NCBI GenBank assembly: GCA_009923445.1
Contig: RFTN01000002.1
Location: 102,436 to 166,435 of the forward strand
Origin: a bacterium
GTDB taxonomy: Bacteria > Patescibacteriota > Saccharimonadia > Saccharimonadales > SZUA-47
Length of the DNA: 64,000 nucleotides
Direction of reading: 5' to 3'
Shown: positions 56,247-64,000 of the stretch, piece after piece
Layout of the letters: every line of letters begins with the position of its first letter
Position numbering within the stretch: position 1 is the stretch's first letter
Notes under the pieces: generated by a model
What the model saw: the letters and a program-made list of their open reading frames with translations, nothing else
Database searches by the model: none
Told to the model about the DNA's origin: nothing
Made by a program: the position numbers and the translations under genes

Positions 56247-57400
56247 GATCGCAACCTAGATATGTCGACCATAGTGGTAAGTAATATGAGCGATAATACA
56301 ATCATAAAGCCAACAATTTGTATTTTTTCTTCGGTGTTTTGCGTGAGTGGTTTTTTAAATAACCGAAAAAGTAGCATTGTATATAAACGACCGCCGTCGA
56401 GCGCAGGAATAGGCAAAATATTCATTATTGCGAGTGTGAGCGAAATAACTGCAATTATAAACAACATGAACCCAAACCCTAGTCTGGAGCCTTCGTATAG
56501 TGTTTGCACAATGCCAACTGGCCCTGCTACCTGACTACTAGCGGCCGTTTGACCAGCCTGACGAGCCTCTTTATTGCCCGTAACACCGCCAGCTATAAGC
56601 GAACCTAGACCTTTAAGCGCAGTACCTAAACCTTTGAGTGTTGCAATGGTAATGTCTTTCATGACACCACCAGCAACGATTGGCGCACTCCAGGTGCTTC
56701 TGCGCAATTGAATGCCGTATTCATCACTAAATGATGCGACTCCTAAATACGGGCTTTGGTTGTTGAGTGTAATTCTAGCAACATCGGCAGCATCGCCGCG
56801 TTTAAATGCGACTTCTACCTCTTTGCCCGCGTTGGCGCTAGTTTGCTGACTGAGTGTATCTGTTTGGTCTATTAATACACCGTTTATACTGATTATTTCA
56901 TCTTCGGCTTTTAGGCCCGCCTTTGCGGCTGGCGAATCATCTACCACTGTAGCAACTTTAATGACACCTTTGTTTTGGTAATCACGAGTTATTTTTGAAT
57001 CTGACGCTATACTAAACTGCTCGAAACCAAGGCTTCGACTTAAATTCGGCATGCCAATTAAAGCGACAATTGTAAATAATACGTATGCCGTAACAAGGTT
57101 CATGCCAACGCCCGCAACCATAATGAGCATTTTTGCCCTAAAACTTGCTGCACCAAATGTACCATGACCCTTATCGGAATCGTGTTCGCCCTTAAGGCGC
57201 ACAAAACCACCTAGCGGTAGCCAATTTAAGCTATAAACTGTGCCGTTTTTTTTAGTAATTATTTTTGCAAGCGGCGGGAACCCGAGTCCGAATTCTTCTA
57301 CGTCGACACCATTTTTGCGGGCTGCAATAAAATGTCCCCACTCGTGTATTAATACTAACGATATAAACAGCACTGCACCCAAAATAAAGATAGCAATCAT
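56243..57400 (-). CDS. rseP: Site-2 protease RseP (M50) with PDZ domain
   Basis: HEWGH zinc motif, a PDZ domain (SPAAKAGLKAEDEIISING) and the C-terminal block NILPIPALDGG. Confidence 0.88.
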   Translation of the reverse strand: MIAIFILGAVLFISLVLIHEWGHFIAARKNGVDVEEFGLGFPPLAKIITKKNGTVYSLNWLPLGGFVRLKGEHDSDKGHGTFGAASFRAKMLIMVAGVGMNLVTAYVLFTIVALIGMPNLSRSLGFEQFSIASDSKITRDYQNKGVIKVATVVDDSPAAKAGLKAEDEIISINGVLIDQTDTLSQQTSANAGKEVEVAFKRGDAADVARITLNNQSPYLGVASFSDEYGIQLRRSTWSAPIVAGGVMKDITIATLKGLGTALKGLGSLIAGGVTGNKEARQAGQTAASSQVAGPVGIVQTLYEGSRLGFGFMLFIIAVISLTLAIMNILPIPALDGGRLYTMLLFRLFKKPLTQNTEEKIQIVGFMIVLSLILLTTMVDISRLRS

Positions 57401-57448
57401 TACTTATAGTATACAGTCAACTATGCGCACATGGCTATAATAATTTAA

Positions 57449-58855
57449 CTAAAATGTCGGTGTTGCTATGAAGTCGACGCTAGTTGTATAGCTACCAGTA
57501 GGCGTAACTACACCTGCGGCGGCACCGAAGCGTATAATTAACGCTTCGCTTGCAACAACCTTGATTGTTGATGCTGCTGAGCTTGCTATAGTTACTGCCG
57601 CACCTGTTTGTTGCCATGCAAAACCAGTAGTCGTGTCGTATGTACCAGATGTACCAGGTACGAATGTACCGCCAATGTACCCTGACTGTGGGCGTAAGTT
57701 GACTGTTCCTGTTGAGTAGTCACATGTATATCCGCCGTTAACGGCAGTGGGTACGTTAAAACATGCCACACCACCAATAGTCATACCAAATTCTTCGACA
57801 CCATTAGCTAACGCCGTTTGGGTAGTAGAGCTGTTAAAACATTGGTCGTTTGAACTTGAACCTGCATCTAGTATTGAGGAGCCAGTACATGTAACACCGG
57901 GTACTTTTAGGCGTCCGCCCGTTGCGCCGTCTTGCACCACCTGGTAAGCAACTATTACTCCGTTGTTAGCGTTTGTAGATAGCAGAGCGTAGGCGTTACG
58001 GGCGTCGCCGCCGTTAGGAGTCACCGGAACTGGAGTTACAGAAGTTGCACTACTTGATATTACGCCAAGATCTACACTGGTACCATCTGCAAGGGAGCAT
58101 GATGTAACATCGGCAGTATCTCCAGCGTTACGCAGTGCATCGTTACCGTTGGAGCCAATTGTGTTTGTTGTTGTTGTACCAATACAGAATGTTAATGATT
58201 CCAGGACACGGGCATTAATAGTAATTCGTTGGTTAAAAGATACAGCGACCACGCCGGTGTCGACAGCTGTCGTATAGGCGTTATCGCTGTAGGTTGTCAT
58301 GCGAATATACACAGTACCAGCAACAGAAGGAGCGGTCAGGCCACCAATGGTGTGGGTTACTGCACCGGTACCTGCGGTAGCGGCTGTACGATTGTAGCAT
58401 GCAAACGAAGCAGTAGATTGCAAGCAGCCGGCAGTATCGGTAGTAAGATTTCTTGGCGCAAACGCAGTTGCGTTAGCTGGAAAACCAGTCTGAGCTACAT
58501 GTGTTGTTGAGGTACGAGCGTCTAAACCAGTTGGCAAAGTACATGTACCTAGAGGTGTGGTGCAAAAATGATAGGTTAAGCTTTGAACGGTGGCATTTGC
58601 GGGTATGGTAAAGCCAAAAATAACCTGAACGGTTGAAGAGCCAGGGTTTGGTGCGTCAATAGTAGCGGAGCGATTAGTAAGTTGGGCGGCATTAGCGGAG
58701 CTGTGCATTAGCGTAACTAATGACAATAATATCAACATACTTACTGCTACGTTCAAAGACCTCTTGCCAATGGTCTGTATGTTTACATTTATCAACGTTT
58801 TTACCTTTGTTTTATATGTGTACCTCTTTATTTGTACCATAAGCAAAATTATCAT
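57449..58855 (-). CDS. Secreted Thr/Ala/Gly-rich, Cys-containing surface protein, function unknown
   Basis: Signal peptide ending SSANA/AQ. The mature region is rich in Thr, Gly and Ala and has about 12 Cys. No anchor motif recognised. The true start may be an internal TTG or ATG. Confidence 0.6.
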   Translation of the reverse strand: MIILLMVQIKRYTYKTKVKTLINVNIQTIGKRSLNVAVSMLILLSLVTLMHSSANAAQLTNRSATIDAPNPGSSTVQVIFGFTIPANATVQSLTYHFCTTPLGTCTLPTGLDARTSTTHVAQTGFPANATAFAPRNLTTDTAGCLQSTASFACYNRTAATAGTGAVTHTIGGLTAPSVAGTVYIRMTTYSDNAYTTAVDTGVVAVSFNQRITINARVLESLTFCIGTTTTNTIGSNGNDALRNAGDTADVTSCSLADGTSVDLGVISSSATSVTPVPVTPNGGDARNAYALLSTNANNGVIVAYQVVQDGATGGRLKVPGVTCTGSSILDAGSSSNDQCFNSSTTQTALANGVEEFGMTIGGVACFNVPTAVNGGYTCDYSTGTVNLRPQSGYIGGTFVPGTSGTYDTTTGFAWQQTGAAVTIASSAASTIKVVASEALIIRFGAAAGVVTPTGSYTTSVDFIATPTF

Positions 58856-58899
58856 ACAAGTCTAATAACAAAACTTGTATAACTTATCCACAGGTATAT

Positions 58900-59463
58900 T
58901 TATACTTTTAAAATTTCTGCTTCTTTTACTTTGGCGGCAACTTCAACCTCGGCTTTGATTTTTGCCATAAGGTCATCAATTTGCTTTTGATAACGCTTTA
59001 CGTCATCTTCTCCAATAATTTTATCTTTTTTGGCTTGGTCGATTTTGGCCATGGCGTCGTGGCGTATTTGGCGCATAGCTATCATGCTGTCTTCGATTTT
59101 TTCGCCAAGTTGCTTGACAATTTGCGTACGGCGTTCGGTTGTAAGTGCCGGAATAGGCACGCGCACCACGTGACCGTCGTCGCTTGGGTTTAACCCTAAA
59201 CTTGGGTTATCGCGGATAGCGCTAGCAATTGCCTGAATGTTGCTTGGGTCGAATGGGCTAATTTGAATTAACTGTGCTTCGGGCGTGGTAATAGTTGCAA
59301 GTTGGTTTAGTGGCATTGGGGTGCCATATGCTATAGCAGTAATACCATCGAGCATGCTGGGGTGGGCACGGCCTGTACGTAGCTTTTTAAGTTCTTCGTT
59401 AAAATGAGCTATTTGAGCGCTAAATTTGTCACTTGATTGCTTAATGACATCTTGTGGATTCAT
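58900..59463 (-). CDS. frr: Ribosome recycling factor
   Basis: Typical RRF length and blocks (LRTGRAHPSMLD and PIPALTTERR). Confidence 0.95.
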   Translation of the reverse strand: MNPQDVIKQSSDKFSAQIAHFNEELKKLRTGRAHPSMLDGITAIAYGTPMPLNQLATITTPEAQLIQISPFDPSNIQAIASAIRDNPSLGLNPSDDGHVVRVPIPALTTERRTQIVKQLGEKIEDSMIAMRQIRHDAMAKIDQAKKDKIIGEDDVKRYQKQIDDLMAKIKAEVEVAAKVKEAEILKV

Positions 59464-59513
59464 ATATAAAGTAATTCCCTTACTTATTCATTATTGTACA
59501 GGCTTGTGTAGTT

Positions 59514-60104
59514 TTATGCTATTTCACCAAGTTGCAAACGACTAAAGCGGCGCACAACAATGTTTTCGCCTAGCTGTGCGTTGGCTTCTTTAACAATGTC
59601 ACCAACAGTAACATCAGGGTTTTTAACAAATGGCTGGTTGAGCAAGCAGCGTTCTGCAAAGTATTTTTTTAGCATGCCGTCCACAATGTTTGGCACGATG
59701 TTTGCTGGCTTGCCTTCTGCAGTAACTTTTTCGGTAAATTCAGCATTCATTTTTTCACGAACGTTTGCTGGAATTTCTTCTTCAGACACATACTCGGGAG
59801 CGCTTGCAGCAACGTGTAAACAAAGGTCTTTAACAAGGTCTGTGAACTTTTCGTTGCGTGCAACAAAGTCGGTTTCGCAGTTTACCTCTACTAAAACACC
59901 AATACGGCTGTCGTGTACGTAGCTACCAATAATACCGGCACGGGCTTCGCGCTCGCCACGCTTGTCAGCTTTGGTCATTCCCTTTTTGCGCATAGCCTCA
60001 AGCGCTTTGTCAAAATCACCATCTGCGTCTACTAATGCTGCTTTTGCGTCTGTAAGGCCAACACCTGTTAGTTCTTTTAGTCTTTTAATTGTTGCAATGT
60101 CCAC
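59514..60104 (-). CDS. tsf: Elongation factor Ts (short form)
   Basis: UBA-like N-terminus (IKRLKELTGVGLTDAKAAL) and a core with VEVNCETDFVARN. GTG start with an AGGAGA SD. Confidence 0.92.
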   Translation of the reverse strand: MDIATIKRLKELTGVGLTDAKAALVDADGDFDKALEAMRKKGMTKADKRGEREARAGIIGSYVHDSRIGVLVEVNCETDFVARNEKFTDLVKDLCLHVAASAPEYVSEEEIPANVREKMNAEFTEKVTAEGKPANIVPNIVDGMLKKYFAERCLLNQPFVKNPDVTVGDIVKEANAQLGENIVVRRFSRLQLGEIA

Positions 60105-60117
60105 TTATTTTCTCCTG

Positions 60118-60324
60118 TTATCCTTGTTGAATGCGTTGTCTTATGAGTGCTTTACCAAGTTCTAAATGTGCGTCGTCTGAAAGTTTAGGATTTGATTGTT
60201 CTGCAAGAACTGCGCCTAAAACACCTAATATACCTAAGCCGTTTTTTTGATTAGCAAATACTTCAGCGCTTAAACCCTGGGCTGAAATATCAATAGTTCC
60301 TATTACGTCTGGACTTAAGTTCAT
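60118..60324 (-). CDS. Small hypothetical protein (68 aa) inserted between rpsB and tsf
   Basis: Its ATG shares one base with the rpsB stop (TAATG). Its stop lies just upstream of the tsf SD. Contains a Gly/Leu-rich hydrophobic segment, GLGILGVLGAVLA. Confidence 0.45.
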   Translation of the reverse strand: MNLSPDVIGTIDISAQGLSAEVFANQKNGLGILGVLGAVLAEQSNPKLSDDAHLELGKALIRQRIQQG

Positions 60325-61043
60325 TACTTCTCTTCTTTTGCGGCTTCTGGCTTATTGGCTTTTGCTTGGCCAGCTTCGATAGCGCCTTGAACATAGCTTA
60401 AAATTAGTTTGACTGCTTTTGCAGCATCGTCGTTAGCAGGAATTGGGTACGTGACATCAATTGGGTTCACGTTAGTGTCGCAGATTGCTACAACTGGTAT
60501 ACCAAGTTTTTTGGCCTCTAGTACGGCGTTTTTATCGTTTAAAATATCGACAACAAATACAGCGCCAACTTTAGCAGCCATGTTTTTGATTCCACCGTAC
60601 AAAATGTTCATTTCGTCGATTTCTTCTTGGTAGCGCTGTACCTCTAGCTTGCTGTACTTGTGAGCTAGCTCGCCACTTGCCATGCGCTCTTCAAGACTTT
60701 TTAGGTGCTTAATACGTACGTTAAATGTGTTGTAGTTAGTAAGCATGCCGCCCAACCAACGGTTTACTACGTATGGCATTTTTACAGCTTCGGCTGTTTG
60801 TTGCACGACTTCAGCAGCTTGGCGCTTAGTGCTAACAAGTAGTACTTGGCGGCCTTCGGCAACAGTTTTAGTAATAAAGTCTAGCGCTGTGTCTAGGCAA
60901 TCGACCGTTTTTGTTAGGTCAATAATATGACTACCGCCACGCTTGCTGTGGATATATGGTGCCATTTTAGGGTGCCAACGGCTGGTCTTGTGACCAAAAT
61001 GCGCGCCAGCGGCTAATAGTTCTTTTATGTCTACTTGTGACAT
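60324..61043 (-). CDS. rpsB: 30S ribosomal protein S2
   Basis: S2 blocks LLAAGAHFGH, RWLGGMLTN, and VVDILNDKNAVLEAKKLGIPVVAICDTN. Confidence 0.96.
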   Translation of the reverse strand: MSQVDIKELLAAGAHFGHKTSRWHPKMAPYIHSKRGGSHIIDLTKTVDCLDTALDFITKTVAEGRQVLLVSTKRQAAEVVQQTAEAVKMPYVVNRWLGGMLTNYNTFNVRIKHLKSLEERMASGELAHKYSKLEVQRYQEEIDEMNILYGGIKNMAAKVGAVFVVDILNDKNAVLEAKKLGIPVVAICDTNVNPIDVTYPIPANDDAAKAVKLILSYVQGAIEAGQAKANKPEAAKEEK

Positions 61044-61159
61044 GAGTGGTTCCTTCTACTTCACACAGGTGCTTGCCTTATTACTCCTACACGGTGGTAA
61101 TAAAGAGGAATTGTGCCCTGTGTTGCTTAATTTATATCTTAATTATTGTAACAGAAGTA

Positions 61160-61188
61160 TTGACCCTTTGCAACAGATACGTTATAAT
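61160..61188 (+). promoter_or_regulatory. Sigma70-type promoter TTGACC-17-TATAAT for rpmE
   Basis: -35 TTGACC (61160-65), 17-nt spacer, perfect -10 TATAAT (61183-88). The ATG is 11 nt downstream and there is no SD. Confidence 0.7.
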
Positions 61189-61199
61189 TGTAATTAATT

Positions 61200-61547
61200 A
61201 TGAAAACAGCTATACACCCAAACAATTACCGAGTTGTGGTCTTTGAAGACCTCAATAACGGTGTGAAATTTTTGACACGTTCGACCGTGGCAAGCGAAGA
61301 AACCGTTAAATGGGAAGATGGCAATACTTACCCTATAGTAAAAGTACACATCAGTTCAACTTCTCACCCGTTCTTTACTGGTCAAGAAAAGTTGGTCGAT
61401 ATTGAAGGTCGTGTCGATAAGTTCGAAAACCGACGCAAGGCCGCTGCAGCCGCTAAAGAAGCTCGCGCAACTAAAGCTGCAAAGCCAGCAAAAAAAGCCG
61501 AAAAAGAAGCTCCTGCAAAAATCGGTAATCTTAAAACAACAAATTAG
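61200..61547 (+). CDS. rpmE: 50S ribosomal protein L31 type B with Lys/Ala-rich C-terminal tail
   Basis: [17 protein letters not shown] start and HPFFTG block. There are no CxxC zinc ligands, which indicates type B. About 40 extra C-terminal residues are rich in Ala and Lys. Confidence 0.9.
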   Translation: MKTAIHPNNYRVVVFEDLNNGVKFLTRSTVASEETVKWEDGNTYPIVKVHISSTSHPFFTGQEKLVDIEGRVDKFENRRKAAAAAKEARATKAAKPAKKAEKEAPAKIGNLKTTN

Positions 61548-61562
61548 CTTCTGATACTACAT

Positions 61563-61598
61563 AAACTGCCCCACCACTAGCGGGCAGTTTTTATTTTT
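61563..61598 (+). terminator. Intrinsic terminator after rpmE
   Basis: AAACTGCCC-n10-GGGCAGTTT stem followed by TTATTTTT. Confidence 0.75.
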
Positions 61599-61751
61599 AG
61601 GATTTATGCGTTTGCACCTTTTTAGCAAAAAACTCCGGTTCGCGCTCACAGTACCAAAAAGTACATTTCAGATACGATCCTCGTTTTTAACCAAAAATGC
61701 GCTAAACACAATAAACCCTATACGGTATCGTGTAGAATAATAAGGACATAC

Positions 61752-62801
61752 ATGAACGGCGATTATACAAAAGAGTTAGCAGAAATAAAGGCACGCATCG
61801 AAGCGGACCCTTCTATTTATTCGTCAAGTGACTACCCGCGCCTTGCCAAGCGCCAAAGCTTTTTAGAAGATGTTATTGCCACACAAGAAAGGCTTAGAGT
61901 GTTAACGGCGCAGCGCGTTGAGGCCGAGCAGATTGCAGGCGGTACCGACGAACTTGCCGAGTTAGCCCAAATGGAGATTACCGAGCTCGATGCTGCCATT
62001 TTTGGTCTTACAAACAAGCTACAAGAACTTTTAATACCCAAAGACCCTAACGACGAAAAAGACTGCATTATTGAAATTAGAGCTGGTGCTGGTGGCGACG
62101 AAGCCAGTTTGTTTGTGGCAGAACTGTACCGCATGTACGCTCGCTATAGCGAAACGCACAGCTTTAAAGTAGAGCTTGTCAGCGAAAGCCCGAGTGAAGT
62201 CGGTGGCTACAAAGAAATTATTTTTGAAATTAAGGGCGATAACGCCTACAAAACATTCCACCTAGAGGCTGGGGTACACCGTGTGCAACGTGTACCAGCC
62301 ACTGAATCACAGGGCCGCATACACACCAGCACTGTAACCGTTGCAGTGTTGCCCGAAGCCGAAGAAAACGACATTGAGATTAAGCAATCAGATTTACGCA
62401 TAGACGTGTACCACGCCAGTGGCCACGGTGGCCAGAGCGTAAACACCACCGACAGTGCCGTGCGAATTACCTATTTACCAACAGGACTGGTTGTTACCTG
62501 CCAAGACGAAAAATCGCAAACCAAAAACAAACTAAAAGCCATGGGCGTGTTGCGTAGTCGTTTGTTACAACAACAAATCGAAACCGAGCAAGCCAAAATG
62601 TCAGCCGAACGCCAAAAACTGATTGGCAGTGGCGACCGGTCAGAAAAAATCCGCACCTATAACTTTCCGCAGGACCGTATTACCGACCACCGCATTGGCT
62701 ATAGTCGTAGCAATATACCGGGTGCAATGGCTGGGCAGATAGATGATTTAATAGAGGCACTAGCAGCGGGCGAAGCTGAACTGCTAAGAAGCGAGAGCTA
62801 G
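61752..62801 (+). CDS. prfA: Peptide chain release factor 1
   Basis: PxT tripeptide ([12 protein letters not shown]) and GGQ (SGHGGQSVN). Confidence 0.95.
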   Translation: MNGDYTKELAEIKARIEADPSIYSSSDYPRLAKRQSFLEDVIATQERLRVLTAQRVEAEQIAGGTDELAELAQMEITELDAAIFGLTNKLQELLIPKDPNDEKDCIIEIRAGAGGDEASLFVAELYRMYARYSETHSFKVELVSESPSEVGGYKEIIFEIKGDNAYKTFHLEAGVHRVQRVPATESQGRIHTSTVTVAVLPEAEENDIEIKQSDLRIDVYHASGHGGQSVNTTDSAVRITYLPTGLVVTCQDEKSQTKNKLKAMGVLRSRLLQQQIETEQAKMSAERQKLIGSGDRSEKIRTYNFPQDRITDHRIGYSRSNIPGAMAGQIDDLIEALAAGEAELLRSES

Positions 62802-64000
62802 TTGTTTTTACCAGTTCCGGGCGTGTACCTGTTGTATATGGTAGCAGCACGTCTACCCGCAACATCCTGTACATCCATATTTTCGAAAGCTTGCGCGAAC
62901 ACACCTCGGCGCAACGGAATAATCACACCATATCTTGCATATGCTTCTAGGTATTCTTGTTGTACTTGTTTAACAACTTCAGCTGCAGCTGCAACACGTT
63001 CTTCATGTGATAGTTGACCCTCTTTAGGACGCTCTATAACAATGCGTTCAGGAAACCCAAAGCCAGTGCCTAAACCTAACAGCGCTGCTTCGTCTGCGTA
63101 CATGTCAGGTTGAGTCCGGTCTACTATATAAGAGCCTGGCTTGTTTGCTTTATCAAAAAGGCTAATAGCGTAATCGTCTGGTAATGTTTCTGATGTCTCA
63201 TCTGCAGAAGCAAAAAACACTCTGTCTTCACCAATTAATCCGGCCCTGTCAGATCTACCCGCACCACTTTGACTAATTGGTGTAGTAATTGTTGGTGTGG
63301 GCACTTTGTCGGAATCTCTATCTTTTAGTTTTACTACACCATATTGTGCATCGCGGGCGTATGGCGCCTGTTCGATAATTTTTATTAATGGTACTACAGC
63401 TGTGCCTCTATGTTCACCACTTGCATACTGCCCTAGTCCATAAAATTCAGAAAAGTGTGGTACCACACTATGCATTGTGTCACCACCAAAATTAAGAGCC
63501 GTCGTATTATTCATGACTCCGGTTTTGCGTAGTTGCTGGTTGCGAGACATTAATCCATGCATATTTATGCCACCAACTTGAGTTGTACCAGTAAATAATA
63601 GCTGACCTGCATGTCGTGTGTCTGCCCAGAACGTTTCACGCGCTGCTTCGATATTGTATCTAATATCTTTGCCAGTAAAGAACTGTGACTGATTTGCTGG
63701 ACCAAAGTAATGTAGCACATTAGTACCAGCTTGCTCGATTAATGTGTCGGCAAGCTGAGCGGCCTTTGTAATGTCAGATTCTTCAAGTACACTAACTCCG
63801 ACTGAAGATTCGGCAAATAACGCTTCAATTGCCTTACCACACAATTTTAGTGAGCGTAATCGACTTTCATCTGAACCATTTTGTAAATCTGGACTTGAGC
63901 GAACTAACTGAGCAATTCTAATCGCATAAGTGTTAGCGTTTGGTGCTAGCATAGGTCTTTCTGAACCATTAGATGCATAAAATGCCGCGCCGTGCCCTAT
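62798..64000 (-). CDS. Hypothetical protein, 5'-truncated by the window edge
   Basis: The reading frame stays open from 62798 to the window end, upstream of the first Met at 63952. Its stop overlaps the prfA stop by 4 nt (convergent). No motif recognised. Confidence 0.55.
   Translation of the reverse strand: MGHGAAFYASNGSERPMLAPNANTYAIRIAQLVRSSPDLQNGSDESRLRSLKLCGKAIEALFAESSVGVSVLEESDITKAAQLADTLIEQAGTNVLHYFGPANQSQFFTGKDIRYNIEAARETFWADTRHAGQLLFTGTTQVGGINMHGLMSRNQQLRKTGVMNNTTALNFGGDTMHSVVPHFSEFYGLGQYASGEHRGTAVVPLIKIIEQAPYARDAQYGVVKLKDRDSDKVPTPTITTPISQSGAGRSDRAGLIGEDRVFFASADETSETLPDDYAISLFDKANKPGSYIVDRTQPDMYADEAALLGLGTGFGFPERIVIERPKEGQLSHEERVAAAAEVVKQVQQEYLEAYARYGVIIPLRRGVFAQAFENMDVQDVAGRRAATIYNRYTPGTGKNN

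Noticed and set aside
57449-58855. WxL-domain or outer-membrane beta-barrel assignment for the Thr-rich secreted protein.
   Set aside because: The only support is a vague C-terminal resemblance (YTTSVDFIATPTF, terminal Phe). No clear WxL motifs are present, and a monoderm context makes an outer-membrane barrel unlikely.
1-64000. CRISPR arrays, rRNA or tRNA genes, transposases, integrases, prophage genes and long tandem repeats.
   Set aside because: Scanning all intergenic regions longer than 50 nt and the ORF track found none of these. The only repeats found are the short operator boxes and hairpin or palindromic elements listed above.

Overview
This is a gene-dense, almost entirely minus-strand housekeeping stretch from a small-genome monoderm bacterium. 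Gene content and protein style suggest Patescibacteria/CPR (Saccharibacteria-like), but that is inference only. RF1 and RF2 are both present and TGA reads as stop, so the standard code 11 applies.

Genes in window order:
- Reduced dcw cluster: mraZ-rsmH-ftsL-ftsI-mraY-ftsW-murG-ftsQ, with no Mur ligases inside it.
- GH1 beta-glucosidase, PIF1/RecD-like helicase, small membrane proteins, and an LRR surface protein.
- An A+T-rich two-gene orphan island.
- NUDIX hydrolase and glyQS.
- An autonomous two-gene small-protein cassette.
- recO with a single-domain response regulator and a degenerate (His-less) histidine kinase.
- xseAB.
- rpmA with a structured leader.
- A second A+T-rich island encoding a collagenase-type (HEYTH) zincin-like protein.
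- pyrG plus an orphan REC protein, and ctpA.
- A PcsB/CwlO-like coiled-coil CHAP hydrolase, separated by a 620-bp non-coding gap from ftsEX-prfB-M16-secA.
- hpf, serS, a Cas4-like nuclease, rsmE, and an RNA m5U methyltransferase.
- A heliorhodopsin sitting downstream of a NOX/ferric-reductase-like flavocytochrome and a fused MacB-type ABC transporter.
- lysS, greA, proS (no INS editing domain), CPBP protease, and rseP.
- A Thr-rich secreted protein.
- frr-tsf-(orf68)-rpsB, rpmE, prfA, and a 5'-truncated orphan ORF at the right edge.

I found no rRNA, tRNA, CRISPR array, transposase or integrase.

Most worth following up:
- The heliorhodopsin and its redox/ABC neighbourhood.
- The pseudo-histidine-kinase/REC/recO unit.
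- The unexplained 620-bp gap upstream of the PcsB-like gene, which may hold a structured RNA.
- The two A+T-rich orphan islands.
- Several long hairpin elements.

All functional calls come from by-eye motif recognition. No database search was run.
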